In this document: piece after piece, positions 1 through 13,328 of the stretch
Layout: each line of letters opens with the position of its first letter
Numbering within the stretch: the first letter of the stretch is position 1
DNA from: Mobula hypostoma
Taxonomy: Eukaryota
Reading direction: 5' to 3'
Assembly (NCBI RefSeq): GCF_963921235.1
Contig: NC_086108.1
Span: forward strand, 64,606,001-64,670,000
Length of the DNA: 64,000 nt
The notes under the pieces: model-generated
What the model was told of the DNA's origin: nothing
Database searches by the model: none
What the model saw: the letters and a program-made list of their open reading frames with translations, nothing else
Translations under genes and position numbers: made by a program

Positions 1-121
1 TACAGGGAGAAGGCAGGGGATTAGGGCTGAGGGGAAAAGTGGACCAGCCATGATGAAATGGCAGTGCAGACTATATGGGCCAAATGGCCTAATTTTGCTA
101 CTGTATCTTATGGTCTTACGG
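1..121 (+). mobile_element. 3' end of a CR1-clade LINE
   Basis: Similar to the 3' ends at ~24740-24852 and ~39612-39740 (gccatgatgaaatggc...gggccaaatggcctaatt...tcttatggtctt tail). Confidence 0.8.
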
Positions 122-124
122 AAT

Positions 125-240
125 GATCTTGGCCCAAATGTCAACTGTGCTCTTTCCTCCACGAAAGCTACCTGACCTGCTGAGTTCCTCCTGCATTTTC
201 TGGGTGTTGCTCAAGATTTCTAGCATCTGCAGAATCTTTT
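125..240 (+). mobile_element. Degenerate terminal-repeat fragment of the Penelope-like family
   Basis: ggcccaaatgtcaactg...gctgagttcctcc...gtgttgctc...cagcatctgcaga resembles 48857-48976. Confidence 0.7.
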
Positions 241-1168
241 GCATCAAGGAAGATGTAGCCTTTACCCACCATGTGACTAATAGCAAGCCAGTTACAAAAT
301 AGTCATTTTAGGAGAATATAACCAGAGTAAGCCATTATTAACCTTCTAGAGCATGTTTCAGGTGATTATTCTGGTTATTTTCTGATCTTAAATGTTTTTA
401 CAGAATGTCTGACCTGTCAATTGCAGAAGAAGTTTCCAAACTTCTATCACCCTTTGCACCTGGCAATGTTTATGGTGTTCCACATAATTGAATGTCCATG
501 CTGACTATTCAAAACTAACCCATCTTACCAGTAATTTCCTTCAGATCCCCTCAATCTCGTCCCTTACTCTAAACCTATGCCTCTAGTTTTAGACACCTTT
601 GCTGTAAGGGGTGTTTCCTACCTTTGATACCTCTCATAATTTTATAATGTGGTATATCTTAATCAGGACATAGCCCCCCCCCCCCACCTCCCCATTTCAA
701 CTAACAGTATTCCGGAAAGGCTCATTTAGTTTTTAATCAAGTCTTGCTTGCAACAGGCTGCAGACATTGTCTCCCTTCATCAGGCTTTTTCCTAGGCACA
801 CCTAAGGTTAGTGTAGATAAGAGATTTAGGTCCCATGAAGTAGTTGGAAGTGAATTTTTAAGGCAAGTTATAACGCTACTTCAGCACTATCAACCAAGGA
901 TGAACTTTTGGACATTATATTTCCTTTGTGTCAAGTGCTGAGGAGTGTGCTTGCATTTACTGATGCACTTCCTTGAGGAAAACTTAGAAATAAAGGAACT
1001 GTTTGAAGTTCTTTCAGCCTCATATTCTTTTCCCATTCTCGTCCCTTGGGAAAATCATGAAAACCTCATCATTTGGGCCACCAGTTAAAATAGTTATGGG
1101 AGTCTGTTGATCTTTTTAGCTTTAAACCACAGAACAATTGTGGTAACCTGCTGGCTTCAGATGAGCAT

Positions 1169-1332
1169 AGAGTACGTGAAGTGAGAAAGCCAATATAAAT
1201 GTCACCATTGGTAAAACTGTCAATGTGCTAAACCAGACAAATACTTTGATGGGCAGAGAGTACATAAAGTGAGAAGGCCAATATAAATGTCACTTTTGGA
1301 CTGTCAGTGTGTTAAACCAAACAAATTCTTTG
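1169..1332. repeat. Diverged tandem duplication, ~88-bp unit, ~2 copies
   Basis: agagtacgtgaagtgagaaagccaatataaatgtcac...aaaccagacaaatactttg (1169) recurs as agagtacataaagtgagaaggccaatataaatgtcac...aaaccaaacaaattctttg (1257). Confidence 0.9.
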
Positions 1333-1439
1333 CCACTGCCTGAATGTACTTTTAAGTGGTAGGAAATGGAATTTAATAGTGATAATAATGGACTGTAAAG
1401 GCATAATTCTTAAGTAACTGGACGTAGCAGTGAGAATTT

Positions 1440-1760
1440 TGTATTTTTGATCTAGAGGGGGCTTCAAATCCCACCAGGATAGCTGTTTAGTATAATTGAA
1501 GATACTTATGGAAATTTAGAATTTCAAGACAAAACCTAGTTCTAGTAACTTTAACCATGAATCTCCTGGATTGAATTGTAAATTAAAACTATCTGGTTCA
1601 TTGATGCCCTTTAGAGAAAGAAGTCTAATCAACCCAACTCAGTCCACCAGAATTAGGTTCAGAACCACCAATGTGGTTGACATAACTGTTTGCTCTTTCA
1701 GGATCAATAAGTGGTAGATATTACTTGCTGGCATTGCCCACATCTTGTGAATGAAAAACT
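1440..1760 (+). mobile_element. Old, heavily diverged SINE-like repeat
   Basis: B-box-like ggcttcaaatccc, then ctggttcattgatgccctttag and aatgtggttgac; appears related, in opposite orientation, to ~25640-25950. Confidence 0.45.
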
Positions 1761-3656
1761 TAAAATAATCTTGGAAAGCACATTGAATTTTAACTTTATG
1801 TTAATGTTTTCTAAAAAAATGAGTAGTAGAAGAAAAAGTGAGATTTTTCTGTCTGGTAATGTGTTATTCAGGAGTCCTTCTCAACCACTTTTGGAAAATG
1901 ACAGGAGCTGATAAGTACAGTGAACAGTTTGCGCATAGTTAGGTCCCATAAACAGTAAACATATTAAACTGTGTTTAGTGATGGATGATATGGAAGAAAG
2001 AAAAGTTCTTTAAAAATCAGATTTTTTATTAAAAGATGATCTTTTCTGTTCACTTTCAAAAAAAAAAATTAGTCTTAGTTTAACTTATAAGAGGTAATGG
2101 CCCCACTGCTGCACTGATTCCCTAACTATTGCTTCTTGGTCTCCAGTGTGATGCGATTATTATCTCATGATTCAAGTGACCATTCGACACGTGAAAGAAA
2201 AGGCTTATCGTATTTTGCTGATCATTGTGCATTCTATTTGATTATCATAATTTCAATGGGTAATTTTAGAGTTAATTTGTGAGTTTTTAAATCTTTGCTT
2301 TATATGACTAATTACAAAAACTATTGCAGTTTCTCAGTTTTAAAAATAACTATTTTACGATAAATACCTGGCATTAGAATAGGAAGCTTAAGGAAAGAAT
2401 TCTGTCCTTCAGACCTAAGGCACTTAAAACGTTAAGATCTGTGAACAAATTGGATTTGAGATTACCATACACTTGGCAGTTTCAATTACTTTTATTTAAA
2501 GTCAGCAGAACAAAAGGCTGTCTGCAAACACTTAAATCATGGTAGTCTATTCCCAGGAAAATTGACATGAGATTCAAGATTTGCAGGACATTAATGGTAA
2601 GCTACCAACAACGTTGGTTCACATATTTTTAAATATATATATTTGCAAAGAAGTAGGTTCCTTATACAAAATGAGGGGAAAGAAAATGTAAACATTAATT
2701 ATTCACTCCACTTTGATAATAGCCTTGGGTTATTGCCTGTAATTTTTGTTTTGTTTTTTAATGAAGGAAAGACATAATTATCTTTAATTTGTTGCTTTCT
2801 TTTCATTTGAAGTTGATGTTTGTATTTTAGTTGGAATAACTTTGATTTAGAAAAAGGCACAATTACTATCCAACCTCCACTCTCACTGTTTGTACATATA
2901 TGTTTGGACACATGCCAGCATTCTCTTGATTTCATTGCTAACAAATTTTTTGGTAAACTGGTTTTATTCTTTTCCACGCCAAAGAAAAAATATCCTGTTA
3001 ATATCTTTGATATTAGCTGGTCATTTTAACCTTAGCTATTCTGAGTTGGCCCATAACTCATCTAGTTTAACTTCATTGAAAGGATGCACATGCATTAATG
3101 GTGCAGTTGAGAAAGGATTGGGACAAAGCATTGCAACTAACAATAAGCTTTAAATGTTTTCCTAAGGTAATTTACTTAACATGGTAATATAATAATAATA
3201 TTTCCATCAAATGAAGTTACTAAATAATAAGATAGGAAATAGCCTTGCAGACATCTGGTTAAAATATTTGGCATAACCTGAATGCAAGTATCAATCCTCT
3301 ATTATTGTTTATAAATTGAAAGCAAAAAGATAAACAACTTCAAGGAGCTAATCTCTCATAAATATGGCAATAGTATTCTATGAAAATTGTGCTTAATCCA
3401 CTCATCTGTGGAAAATTGCAAATGTATTACATCCTTTCATGGTAGATGGGAATTACTTAATTTCTTAAGTCATACAGTTGAGTTTTAAATAGAAGATGGG
3501 CTGGTTTCACACAGTACATACCAATTCTGTGTGAATGCTGACTTTTGCTTTTCAATTTCTACATCATTACTTGCTGTATGTTGAAAAGCAAGGAGGTTTG
3601 TTCGTTACTTGATCTGTATTTTAGATATTCTCTTTTTCTTAATTTTTTTTCTGCAG

Positions 3657-3676
3657 TCAAGAGGACGAAAAAGATG
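3657..3676 (+). other. Candidate 20-nt exon of an unidentified host gene (TCAAGAGGACGAAAAAGATG; could encode S-Q-E-D-E-K-D)
   Basis: Strong polypyrimidine tract tctctttttcttaattttttttctgcag, purine-rich body, donor ATG|gtagga. Sequence signals only; no transcript evidence. Confidence 0.4.
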
Positions 3677-3778
3677 GTAGGAAATAGTTTCCTCTCTTAA
3701 TTTTAATTGGCGCCACCCTCTTCCCCTTCGTAAGTCAATGTGCCATGGTTTGGAGAAAAAGGATGAATAACTTCCAGC

Positions 3779-3913
3779 TCACAAACAAGAGAAAATCTGT
3801 AGATGCTGGAAATCCAAGTAACACACACAAAATGCTGGAGGAACTCAGGAGGCCAGGCAACATCAGTGGAAAAAAGTACAGTCGACATTTTAGGCCGAAA
3901 CCCTTTGGCAGGA
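3779..3913 (-). mobile_element. Single-arm Penelope-like terminal-repeat fragment
   Basis: cacaaacaagagaaaatctgtagatgctggaaatcc...gtacagtcgacattttaggccgaaaccctttggcagga is the reverse complement of the family terminus seen at 48857-48976. Confidence 0.85.
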
Positions 3914-4096
3914 ATTTGGCAGGTTTCATCTGTTTAGTTTATGTTCAGTGTATGAACTGAGATGCTAAGAAAATGGGTTCCCTCAAAATGTGCCTGAGGT
4001 TTTATTATGTATGTCCACAACAAGGAAAGAAATTGTAAAGCTATTGATGATAGCCTTTTATAAAAAACAGTGCTTTCAAATTGTGGCACTCTATTG

Positions 4097-6329
4097 GTTG
4101 AAGTTGACGTGGACCATGGACCATGGATGTTGCACCCTCCACTGTTGGTGCAGTGCCATCTGAGGCTGACAAGACCAATGGAAGACTGGCAGTCTCTGTA
4201 CAGAGGTCACATCTATAAGTGGTCTCACTCTGCTGGAGATGCAGCGTTCCATTCTATGGGCCCATTTTTCTTTTGCCGCTTTCAGGATTTCTTTTCCTCA
4301 CCTGACCTAAGGTGTTCTTTCAGGGTGCTTCTCCATCTGGTGCAGTTGGCTGCATTTTACTTGATGTTGATGTCCAGTGCCTTCATGTCCTGCTTGCAAA
4401 CATCATTGTAGCACAGTTGCAGGTGGCCAGCAGTTCTCTTGCCTAAAGGCAGCACATCATAGAGGATACCTTATCCTGTATGCGGCAGACATGGCCCAGC
4501 CAGCGCAGCCTGCGCTGCCTGAGCAGGGTGACCATACTGAGGAGGGTATCACGAGAGAGAAGCTCAGCATTAGGTGCTCTCTGTCCAGGAGGTGCCCAAG
4601 ATGTGACAAAGGCACCTTAAGTAGAAGGTGTTAAGCCTTCTCTCTTACTTAACATATGTTGTCCAGGTCTCGCTGCCGTACAGCAGTGTGTCCTGGTGAC
4701 ACAAACGTTGTACACTGCCATCTTTGTTTTGACTGTAAGTTTGGAATTCTCCCAGACTCCTTTGGTGAGGCAGGCAAGAGTTGTTGCAGGCTTCCCAATG
4801 TGCTTGTCCATTTCTGTACCCAAGGAGAAGTTGTCACCCCAGGTGATGGACCCCAGGTGTGTGAACTGATGGACAACATCTAGTTCATAGTTATCAATGG
4901 TAATGACTGGTGGGGCCTCCACATCTTGTCCCAAGATGTTTCTCTTTTTCAGGCTGGTAATCAGACCAAATTCTTTGCAGGCCTGGGAGAAGCGATCTAT
5001 CAATCTCTGGAGGTGCTGTGGAGTGAGGGTTGTGACTGCTGCATCATCAGAAAACAGCATGTCTTTGATCATAGCCTCATGCACTTTGGGTTTGGCTCTT
5101 AGGTGAGCGAAGTCAAGAAGCCTGATATCTGATCTAGTGTGGAGGTAGATCCCCCTCTGTTGCATTGCCAAATACGTGCATCAGGAAAAGGGCAAAGAAG
5201 ATCCTGAAGAGCTTTGGGGTGAGAACACAGCCTTGCTTAAGCTGCTTATATTGAAGAGTCCAAAGTGCTGCCCTTGTACTACATAGTCACCTTCGTGTTG
5301 TTGTGGAAAGATTTGATCATGATCTGTAGCCTTGGTAAGCAGCCTATCTTAGAGAGGATCTGAAAGAGCCCATCTCTGCTGTACTGACCAGGTCAAATGC
5401 CTTGGTGAGATTAATCAACACAACATAGAGGACTTCTTTTGTTCTCTGCTCTTCTCCTGAAGTTGTCAGAGAAGAGAAAGTCATGTCCACAGTTGACCTT
5501 CTAGCATGGAAGCCACTCTGTGACCCTGGATAGACAGAATCAGCCAACTTCTGTAGGTAGATCAAGAAGACGCGGGCAAAGACTTTGCCAACAGCACTCA
5601 AGAGGGAGATACCCTGTAGTTGTTGCAGTCACTCCTCTCACCATTGTTTTTGTAGAGAGCAATGATCTTTGTGTCCCTCATATCCTGTGGTATGGTTCCT
5701 TCCTGCCAGCACTGACAGAGAACCTCATGCAGCAGATGCTGTAGGGTAGTCATGCAGTGCTTGATCAGGTCTGGGGGTGGCGGTGGGATCCCATCATTGC
5801 CTGGTACTTTCCCTGAGACCAAGCTGCCAATGGCTTTGCTGAGCTCCTCTAGGGTCGGCTCTGCATCTAGTTCTTCATTTTTTGGCAGGAACTCAATGGC
5901 GTTCAGGACTGAGATGGTGACTGTTTTTTCTGGAGTAGAGGTCAAAGTAATGTTCTCCCTATCTCTCCATCTGTGTGCCCCTGTCAACGATTACTTCCCC
6001 ATTAAAGGATTTGAGGGGAGCCATCGTGCTCTGAGAGAGACGAGGGCTCTTTTGATACTATTGCACATACCCTTGATATCGCCTGTCAGTGCTGCGGCCC
6101 AGATGTCTTCACTGCTGCATATAGTACTTGCCAGCACAGCGCCTGGCAGTCTGCTGAACTTTACTTCGAGCCATCCTGAGGATCTGTAGGTTCCTCTCAG
6201 TTGGCGAACACTTATTCTCGCTGGGGCAGCATGTTTGGCTTCAAAGAAGGGGGTCATCTTTTTGGATTTGGCATTGAACCAGTCATTTGTTTTTGAGGTC
6301 TTCTTCCCAAAGATAGCCAAGGTCCGCAG
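4097..6329 (-). mobile_element. RTE-clade LINE, 5'-truncated and pseudogenised (RT fragments)
   Basis: Minus-strand ORFs 5598-5987 (PQDMRDTKIIALYKNNGERSDCNNYR), 5344-5601 (GKVFARV..SQSGF..RSTVDM..LTKAFDLVS) and 4617-5171 (MLFSDDAA..FGL..SLKK..FTHLGSI) carry typical RTE RT motifs; many frameshifts. Confidence 0.9.
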
Positions 6330-9300
6330 CAAGGAAAGGAATTGTAGAACTATTGATAATTGCCTTTTATAAAATATCAGCACTTTCATATAGCATACAC
6401 AAATCATTCCAAGGGGCAGTTAAGTACCATAAATCCGTTAGATCTAATTACGTACCCTTGACCTAAAATTAATTATGCTTTCCAGACACAATCTCATTAA
6501 TATTATGATGTCATGCCTTGGAGGCATTCTTAACTGTTAGATCAAGACACTTCTGGCAGTGAAATTTGGAGAAAAAGTACAGGTGAAACATCTAATGAAA
6601 TTATAATTCAATTTTGTCTAGCTCACATGAAAGAATCCTATTCTGACTGATCACAATGGTTTATGGAAGACTGAATAAAGGATTCAAAGGCTTTAGGTTC
6701 TGGCCTGAGAGGTGCTAAAGTTAGGTAAACTTCATAATGCAAGAGATCATGGCTGTAGTTCCTTTTTTGTACAAGGATAAATGAGCATTCATACGTAGGA
6801 TACAAAGAAGGTTTATAGATGCACATTTTTAATTTTAAAAAAACAATCTTATTTATGGTATATAAATCTGCAGACAATGTAGGCGTCACTTTGGAGTTGT
6901 TGAAGAGGAAACAAACATCTAATTGGGTGATGGCTAAATCACTATTAACCATGTCATGGCATATCTTCTACTGCACATGATAAGGCTTTTTAGTATCTGC
7001 TTTGTGTGCTTATATTATCACAGAGGAGCATCAGTTAAAGAAATATGTCAGCAATATTAAATAGTAGTGCTGATAATATATTGGTCGAATTACATTATTG
7101 TATTAAATAAGTTTCTTTATGTACAACATGGATTATATCAAGTATAATCTCAACTCATTTCGACCAATGGACTGTGGATATTTTCCTAAAATCAATGTTT
7201 TTAACAGCGGAATAAATTGCTATTATTTCCATAAATACAAAACTGCTCACTAATGAGATTTGGAAATAGCCAGACGGAGACTGGTTAAAATGTGTGACAT
7301 AATTTTGAATTTGAGAGCTCTCCTGTTCTTTCAAAATGAAGAAAGGGAAGGAAACTTAACTGTATTGTGATGATTTACTGAACGCTGCAGCAAAATTACA
7401 ACTTGGGAAAACAATGAATTTGTAATCTTCTCTAATAATTATTAATTCTGGATGCAAACTTTCGTGGTGCAGTTTAGGATCTCATTGGCTTAGAAGTTGG
7501 TTTCGATGACAATAAACCACAGATAATTTTCCTCTGATTTAGTCTCACAATTTCCAAGCTTTTTTCCCCTCTAAAACCAGTGCTGGCTATTAAAAATTCT
7601 TCTATTCAAAGATTTATTTTCCTTTTATTTTAAGGATGTCCTTCCATTTCCTGTAGTCTTCTAATGTTCTTTTAAATTGTGTTGGTAGAGATTTAGTAAA
7701 TTTAAGAGCAGCAGTCTGAATTTTAATGATTTTTACAACTTTGAATATTGAATTACCTGTTTTTGAGAACCATCAATTAAATTGAATAATTAAGGAATGA
7801 GTTGGATTTAGTATTTTAAATGGATCTAAGCAAAACTATTTTTGAATCTTGTATTAGCAGTTTTTCGGGTATTTATTTTCTCCAAAAAAAGGAAGTGCCA
7901 ATAATAGCATTTCTATCCATTCTCATTGAGAAGGATTTTGTGATTGATATTGTTGTAAACATCTGTGATTATGTCCAGTAAGTGTTAAAATATCTTGGAA
8001 GATCATCCTAATCTGTTTTGGATTCTAAAATTATATTCTTAAAATGTATCACTAAATGTTGATTACAGTGACTCAGAAATCAAGAGGGTTATTTTTACTG
8101 ATGATTGCAGAAGCCTTAATGAAAATGGTAGTGTTTCTTGCTGCATTTGTCTGTAATAACGATTTTAACACTTGTACAGTTGAGTCTTATAAATTTTCGA
8201 CAATGGGAGCAAATTCCAAATGTAGTAACTTATATTACCAGGTCCCTTCTACATTTTTGGATTATGATTTTTTAAAATAACAGCATTATAAAGGGGAAAA
8301 CATTTTTAATGTATCTGGTGCACACACTGTATGAGTGAGATTCTAATACAAAGTGAACATCTGAAAGGTTACCAATAATGGACTTCATTTGGTATGAAAA
8401 TAATGAGATATAAATTTTGATACAGTGCAAAATGAATAGTATATTTGAAAAATATTAGGTCAGATGTCGGAAAATGTCTACTACTTAGGTTCTCATGTAA
8501 ACATTAAAAAGAAAAAGTAATATATTTTTATGTTCCAACATTACCTCATCTTTGATTTAACCTTTACAAAAGGAAGTTCGACCAGTTTGCCTTTCCATAT
8601 CTTCTAGCCAGGAACATAACATTGTCCTGTACTATTTGCAGTCTAGCTTTTGATCCACACTAGCAGCAGGTGTAAATCTATTGAGTAAAGTACATGCAAA
8701 ATTGTAGAGTTTGTGTTGAGATGTAACGAAGTATGGCGAAGTCACTGTATATACTGGCTAAAAGTTAGCATTATCCAGTGGTAAAAATAAAAGCAGTGAG
8801 CCTTGTTCTCCCGTCTTTGTTTTGTTTGCCAAAATGCACAGTGCAGTACTGGGCACGCCATTAAATTTCAGTTTCAGCCTTATGAATGCTAGATAAAGGG
8901 AAGCAAGATCATAGTTTTAATTTTTTTTAAAAGAAGATACATAGTAACCTTTTATGAGGTTAGATTCCCTACAATGAGCAAAGTAATTTTAGTTTCTGCT
9001 CACTGTTCATGTAGACTTTTTGGCGTACTGACGGGTACTAACTTCATAAGAGAGGAAAAAAGTACTGTACTGCCGAGCTACTGTGTTCGTGCAAAGTAAT
9101 TTTGCTTTTTAAAGTTAATGATAATTTACCAGCTGCACATCTTCAAATTTGTTTCTTTTGTGTTTAATACAAAAATAAAAAAGTCCAAAGATTGACACAT
9201 GGGAGAATGCAATTTCAGCATTCTTTAACTTTTATTTCACACTTTATTATGTCTCAGTGACATATACAGCACAAAATTAATTGTAAACAGAACAAATCAA

Positions 9301-12300
9301 GATAGTACACATTGGTTTAGTTTTTAAGCACTAGGCACATTTTCAGTTTAGTAATTTTATGATATGTGCAGGTGTAGATTGATGTGTACATGGCGAGTGT
9401 TTGTAGTTAGGAGCATAAAGGAATCTGATCTGTGTCAAAATAGTATTTACTGAGATGCAGTTAAAAAACTAAATTGAAATGATTATTCCTGTGAATGTGG
9501 AAGAAAGAGAATTTATTCTTTGCAGGAAGCAAAATGAATTTAAGATCATTGTGGGAGCTTTGTAATTATGAAATTGAATGAATGGCGGAAACATTTTACA
9601 AGCAGGAAGATGAAATGAAAAACGTAAAGAAAACAACAAAAAAAAATCAAATACCAATGTGTTTCATATAACGTGGTCCTTATTCTTCCCTGTCATCTAA
9701 CCTTTTAATTTTATACATTAATGATCCTGAAGCCTGTGACCACTTTTCAAAATGTTGAAACTATTCATTTAAACCTTTACATTTGCTGTTTGTTTGTGGA
9801 GGAAAAGTTGATCTTACGTTTTATAAAACAAAGCTAATATTTAATTAGGAAAATAATGAACTACTTGAAATTTCTTCACAATGCATCCAGTAAGATGTAT
9901 TTAAGGAATGAATTCTGAAGCCGTGAAGAAAATATAAAATGTAGTACATTTATTTAAGCACGCTCATTTTGGTATAATATAATGTTTGGAAAATACCAGG
10001 TTAAGTACCTTTGTTGACTTTTGAAAGCTTCAGGTAAATTGTACTTAAAAAAAATAATATCTTTGGCTTTCAAAAATGTTTCTTTTTGTACTAAATTTCA
10101 ATAAAAAGGCCACAGAGGAGAAATGTGGTTTTAGGCAACAGGATCGTTTAAGTTTCTTGAGTGTCACAATATTGGACATAATCCATCTGATTTGAAATGG
10201 AGGTATTATTGACTGTCCGAACCTTTGAGTTTATGGGTCATTTCCACAGAATTCTCCATTATTTGTTAATTACAGGCTTACACATTAGTTGTTTTTCAAC
10301 CTTTTCTAGAGCACCCATATTGTCAAAATCAAAAAGAATTTGTATTTGTCATGAAGGGGAATTGATAGCTGAATTTTCACTGCAACTTATCATATTTCAA
10401 GTACCTGCTTGAGGTAGTTGCGAGTACAAAGTAATTTTATTGACCTGTTTAATTGAAGCAATGAATTGTCTTTTCCATTGAAATTATTGTTCACTTTCAG
10501 AAAAAGACTAATCTGATTTTGTCCCCTAACTAATCAGCAGGTACTATGTTCAAACATAACATAGATTTAATTTACTTTCTAGAATTTTTTGATGATGGTT
10601 TTAAAAGATAGGCTGAGGAAATGTAACTTGAATAGCAGAAGTAAAGACCTTTTATTTCAAATTTAAATTATGTTTAAAATTTAAGTTGCATTTAACTTAA
10701 TGAATACAATTACATTATGCAGTCATTCCCTATCACATATTTTATCAGCTAACTTCAGTATTGAATAGTTAATAATAAGCTATTGTGTTTAAGAAAACAT
10801 TAAATTTGACAATGGACGAGTGTGAAAAATATCTTTCGCATCAAGAGGCTTTTACTTTTGTAGCCTGTACTCATTTTAGAACAAAGAGCCAAATCAAATA
10901 ATTCTGCAGCACATTTAATAAAAAGCAGGTGCTTGAAGTGGCTCCAGAAGACAATTTAAACTGAATTTAATTATTAATTTTATAAGTAAATGTGACTTAA
11001 ATTTTGATTGTACTTTTTATAGAAATTATCTGCTGGTAAAAGCTAGTATGTGGATTATAATTCCCATTGATTTGAGTGTATGATATTAACTATTTTCAAG
11101 TTATTCAACCAACTGCATTTGATTTCTTATTTTTGCACAACTTTTTTTTGTTCACGAATGCATTTACACTATATTAAAATATTTAATAATTATGTGATTT
11201 TACTACATTACGTAGATTACAGAAACAATTTTTCACAGTGACTTATCTTGAATAGACTAATTGTACATCTGTATATTAATCTCCTTATCTAAATATTTCT
11301 TATTGTCAATTACTCTTTGTTGACTTGGAGTTAAGATAGGTTTGTGTAATTGCTTTCTTGCATTTATTTTAAAAACAGTGGTAAAACGGAATATGTTCTT
11401 TATTTTAATTAATGTGTGGAGTTTAATTGTTCACTCATTGCATCAAGCAGCTTCTAACTGCTTTGAATCATGAGGTTAACACTATATCCATAAATAAAAA
11501 CTTGGATAATTGCTGCGTGAGTTTATGAAGTTTTTAACTTTTTAATCTATAGAGTGCAGGGTATTATTTCATTGGAAAAATAATGAGGGATTTATTTGTG
11601 AAATTCTCAATTAAATAAAATGAACTAGTATAGCATTGCCTTATGTTTGATAATTTGTTAGCATTGTGTAAGTCTTCCTATTTTGGTTACGTTGCTTTGG
11701 TTTTCTTCTTACAATTTCCAGGACGCTTAATTTTCATTTTGATTTTAAGTCCTTTATTTAAAGTTAAATTTTTTTCCAAAGCGACTCTCTTGCATGGGCC
11801 ACACTATTGCTATTTGTCCCTTACAGCTTCCCTGCACTGTATTTGGTGGTTTAAGCAGAAGAAAGAGCAGAATTCAGACATAATCCAGCTGTGCGAGTAT
11901 AACCCTAGAATGGGTACATAATGCAGTACAGAAATATTTTTAATGATTTTTTAAAATGTAAGATTCATACATTGCATTTCTTCAAATTTTTGATTTTTAT
12001 CAGCTGTTATAAATTTTTATTGTTATTAGTGTATTTCTGCATCAAGGCATAATACAAATTTTGTAATAAGACTCTTTGCTATTGTGTGTCAGCCTTGTAT
12101 ATTAAATATGTGTATCTGGACTATGCTGTAACAAATAAATAGTAAAATGTGTTTTAAATGTAGTTAAATAGAAATTATTGCATATGTCACGGCTTTGACC
12201 AAAGTCCTTTTTATATGGCACATCTATAACTGAGTTCCTCTACTGGAGAAAGCAAAAAAAAAGATTTCAAAAAAGCTAATGTTTAGATCTTAACAGTGAG

Positions 12301-13246
12301 CTAATATCAGAAATCTTGCATAAACAATTGGTGTGTACAGTGCACACAGCCCTCTCGGGCAAAGTTTTTCCTTTGCCTTTTAGTCTGCAGTGGCCAATGT
12401 GAAAATGTTGCAGTAATTTATTTTATTGGGGGAAGAAGTGGTGAACTCTTTTAATTCAAGAATGTTTTAATTTCCTAAATAACTACCTCTCTGATTGTTT
12501 CCTGAATACCTTAAATTTAGCTAATCAGTGTTTACAAAATATTGGGGTGAGCACTGTGTATTACCCTAAGCTGCTCATTTTCTCTGCATAATGTCACCAT
12601 TCCAAGCTTATTTTCTTGTAATCCTTTCTCCTCCACAATAAGGTTAGAATTAAACCCTTAAAGCAATTGCCCACATTTCCAGTTCTCACAGTTAGCTTTG
12701 TTTACAACAGAACTCATATTGATTTTGACTCATAATATTCAACATTGTTTATCAAGGAAGAAAAGTATGCTGGACAAACATATTTGTTTTCTGATGTAAA
12801 ATCTTCAGAATGTCGTCATTATTAAAATAGCCAGAGATTTTTGAGCATTATATACGATGTCAGACCACAACTGAGGCTACTTGCTGTTAGGCCTATTTGC
12901 TATGTTAAGATTGGGGGATGGGGGAGGAAATGATAATGCAATAATAAAAACTATTACCATTTATATTGTTATTAGTGGATTATATAGTAAAGTTGACATT
13001 TCAATTCAGGTAAATATTCAAAATGCTATCATGTTGCTCTAAGATAGTTTTGACTTTTTTAGTTTTGCAAGCTTCTATCATAATAGTTTGGTTGAACTTT
13101 ATTAGAAATTGGGTTGGACTGAAGGCTCCAATCTAATAAGTTACACTGGGCCTCCATTCCTGATTCCTAGCTCCAATTTAAGCGCTTATTTTTCCAGTAA
13201 AATGGATTTCTAAAGCTGCAATTCAAAGTTGCATTTAATCTAAAAG

Positions 13247-13277
<31 letters not shown>

Positions 13278-13278
13278 G

Positions 13279-13324
<46 letters not shown>
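13247..13324. repeat. Compound microsatellite (TC)n(CA)n
   Basis: Visible directly; followed by a C-rich tract to ~13362. Confidence 0.97.

Positions 13325-13328
<4 letters not shown>

Noticed and set aside
404..480. tttttacag|AATGTCTGACC.. as an exon (MSDLSIAEEVSKLL)
   Set aside because: No convincing donor and no recognisable protein.
7366..7450. C-box-like gtgatga (also near 26635, 40612, 42273) as C/D snoRNAs
   Set aside because: No correctly spaced terminal D box with a closing stem.
8659..8685. tagcagcagg.. resembling the miR-15/16 seed (also tagcacataatgg at ~16982)
   Set aside because: The rest does not match the mature miRNA, and no precursor hairpin is evident.
11827..11921. Exon candidate after tgcatg..cccttacag
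   Set aside because: Peptides unrecognised, donor weak, and it lies inside the putative UTR-like block; not supportable without transcripts.
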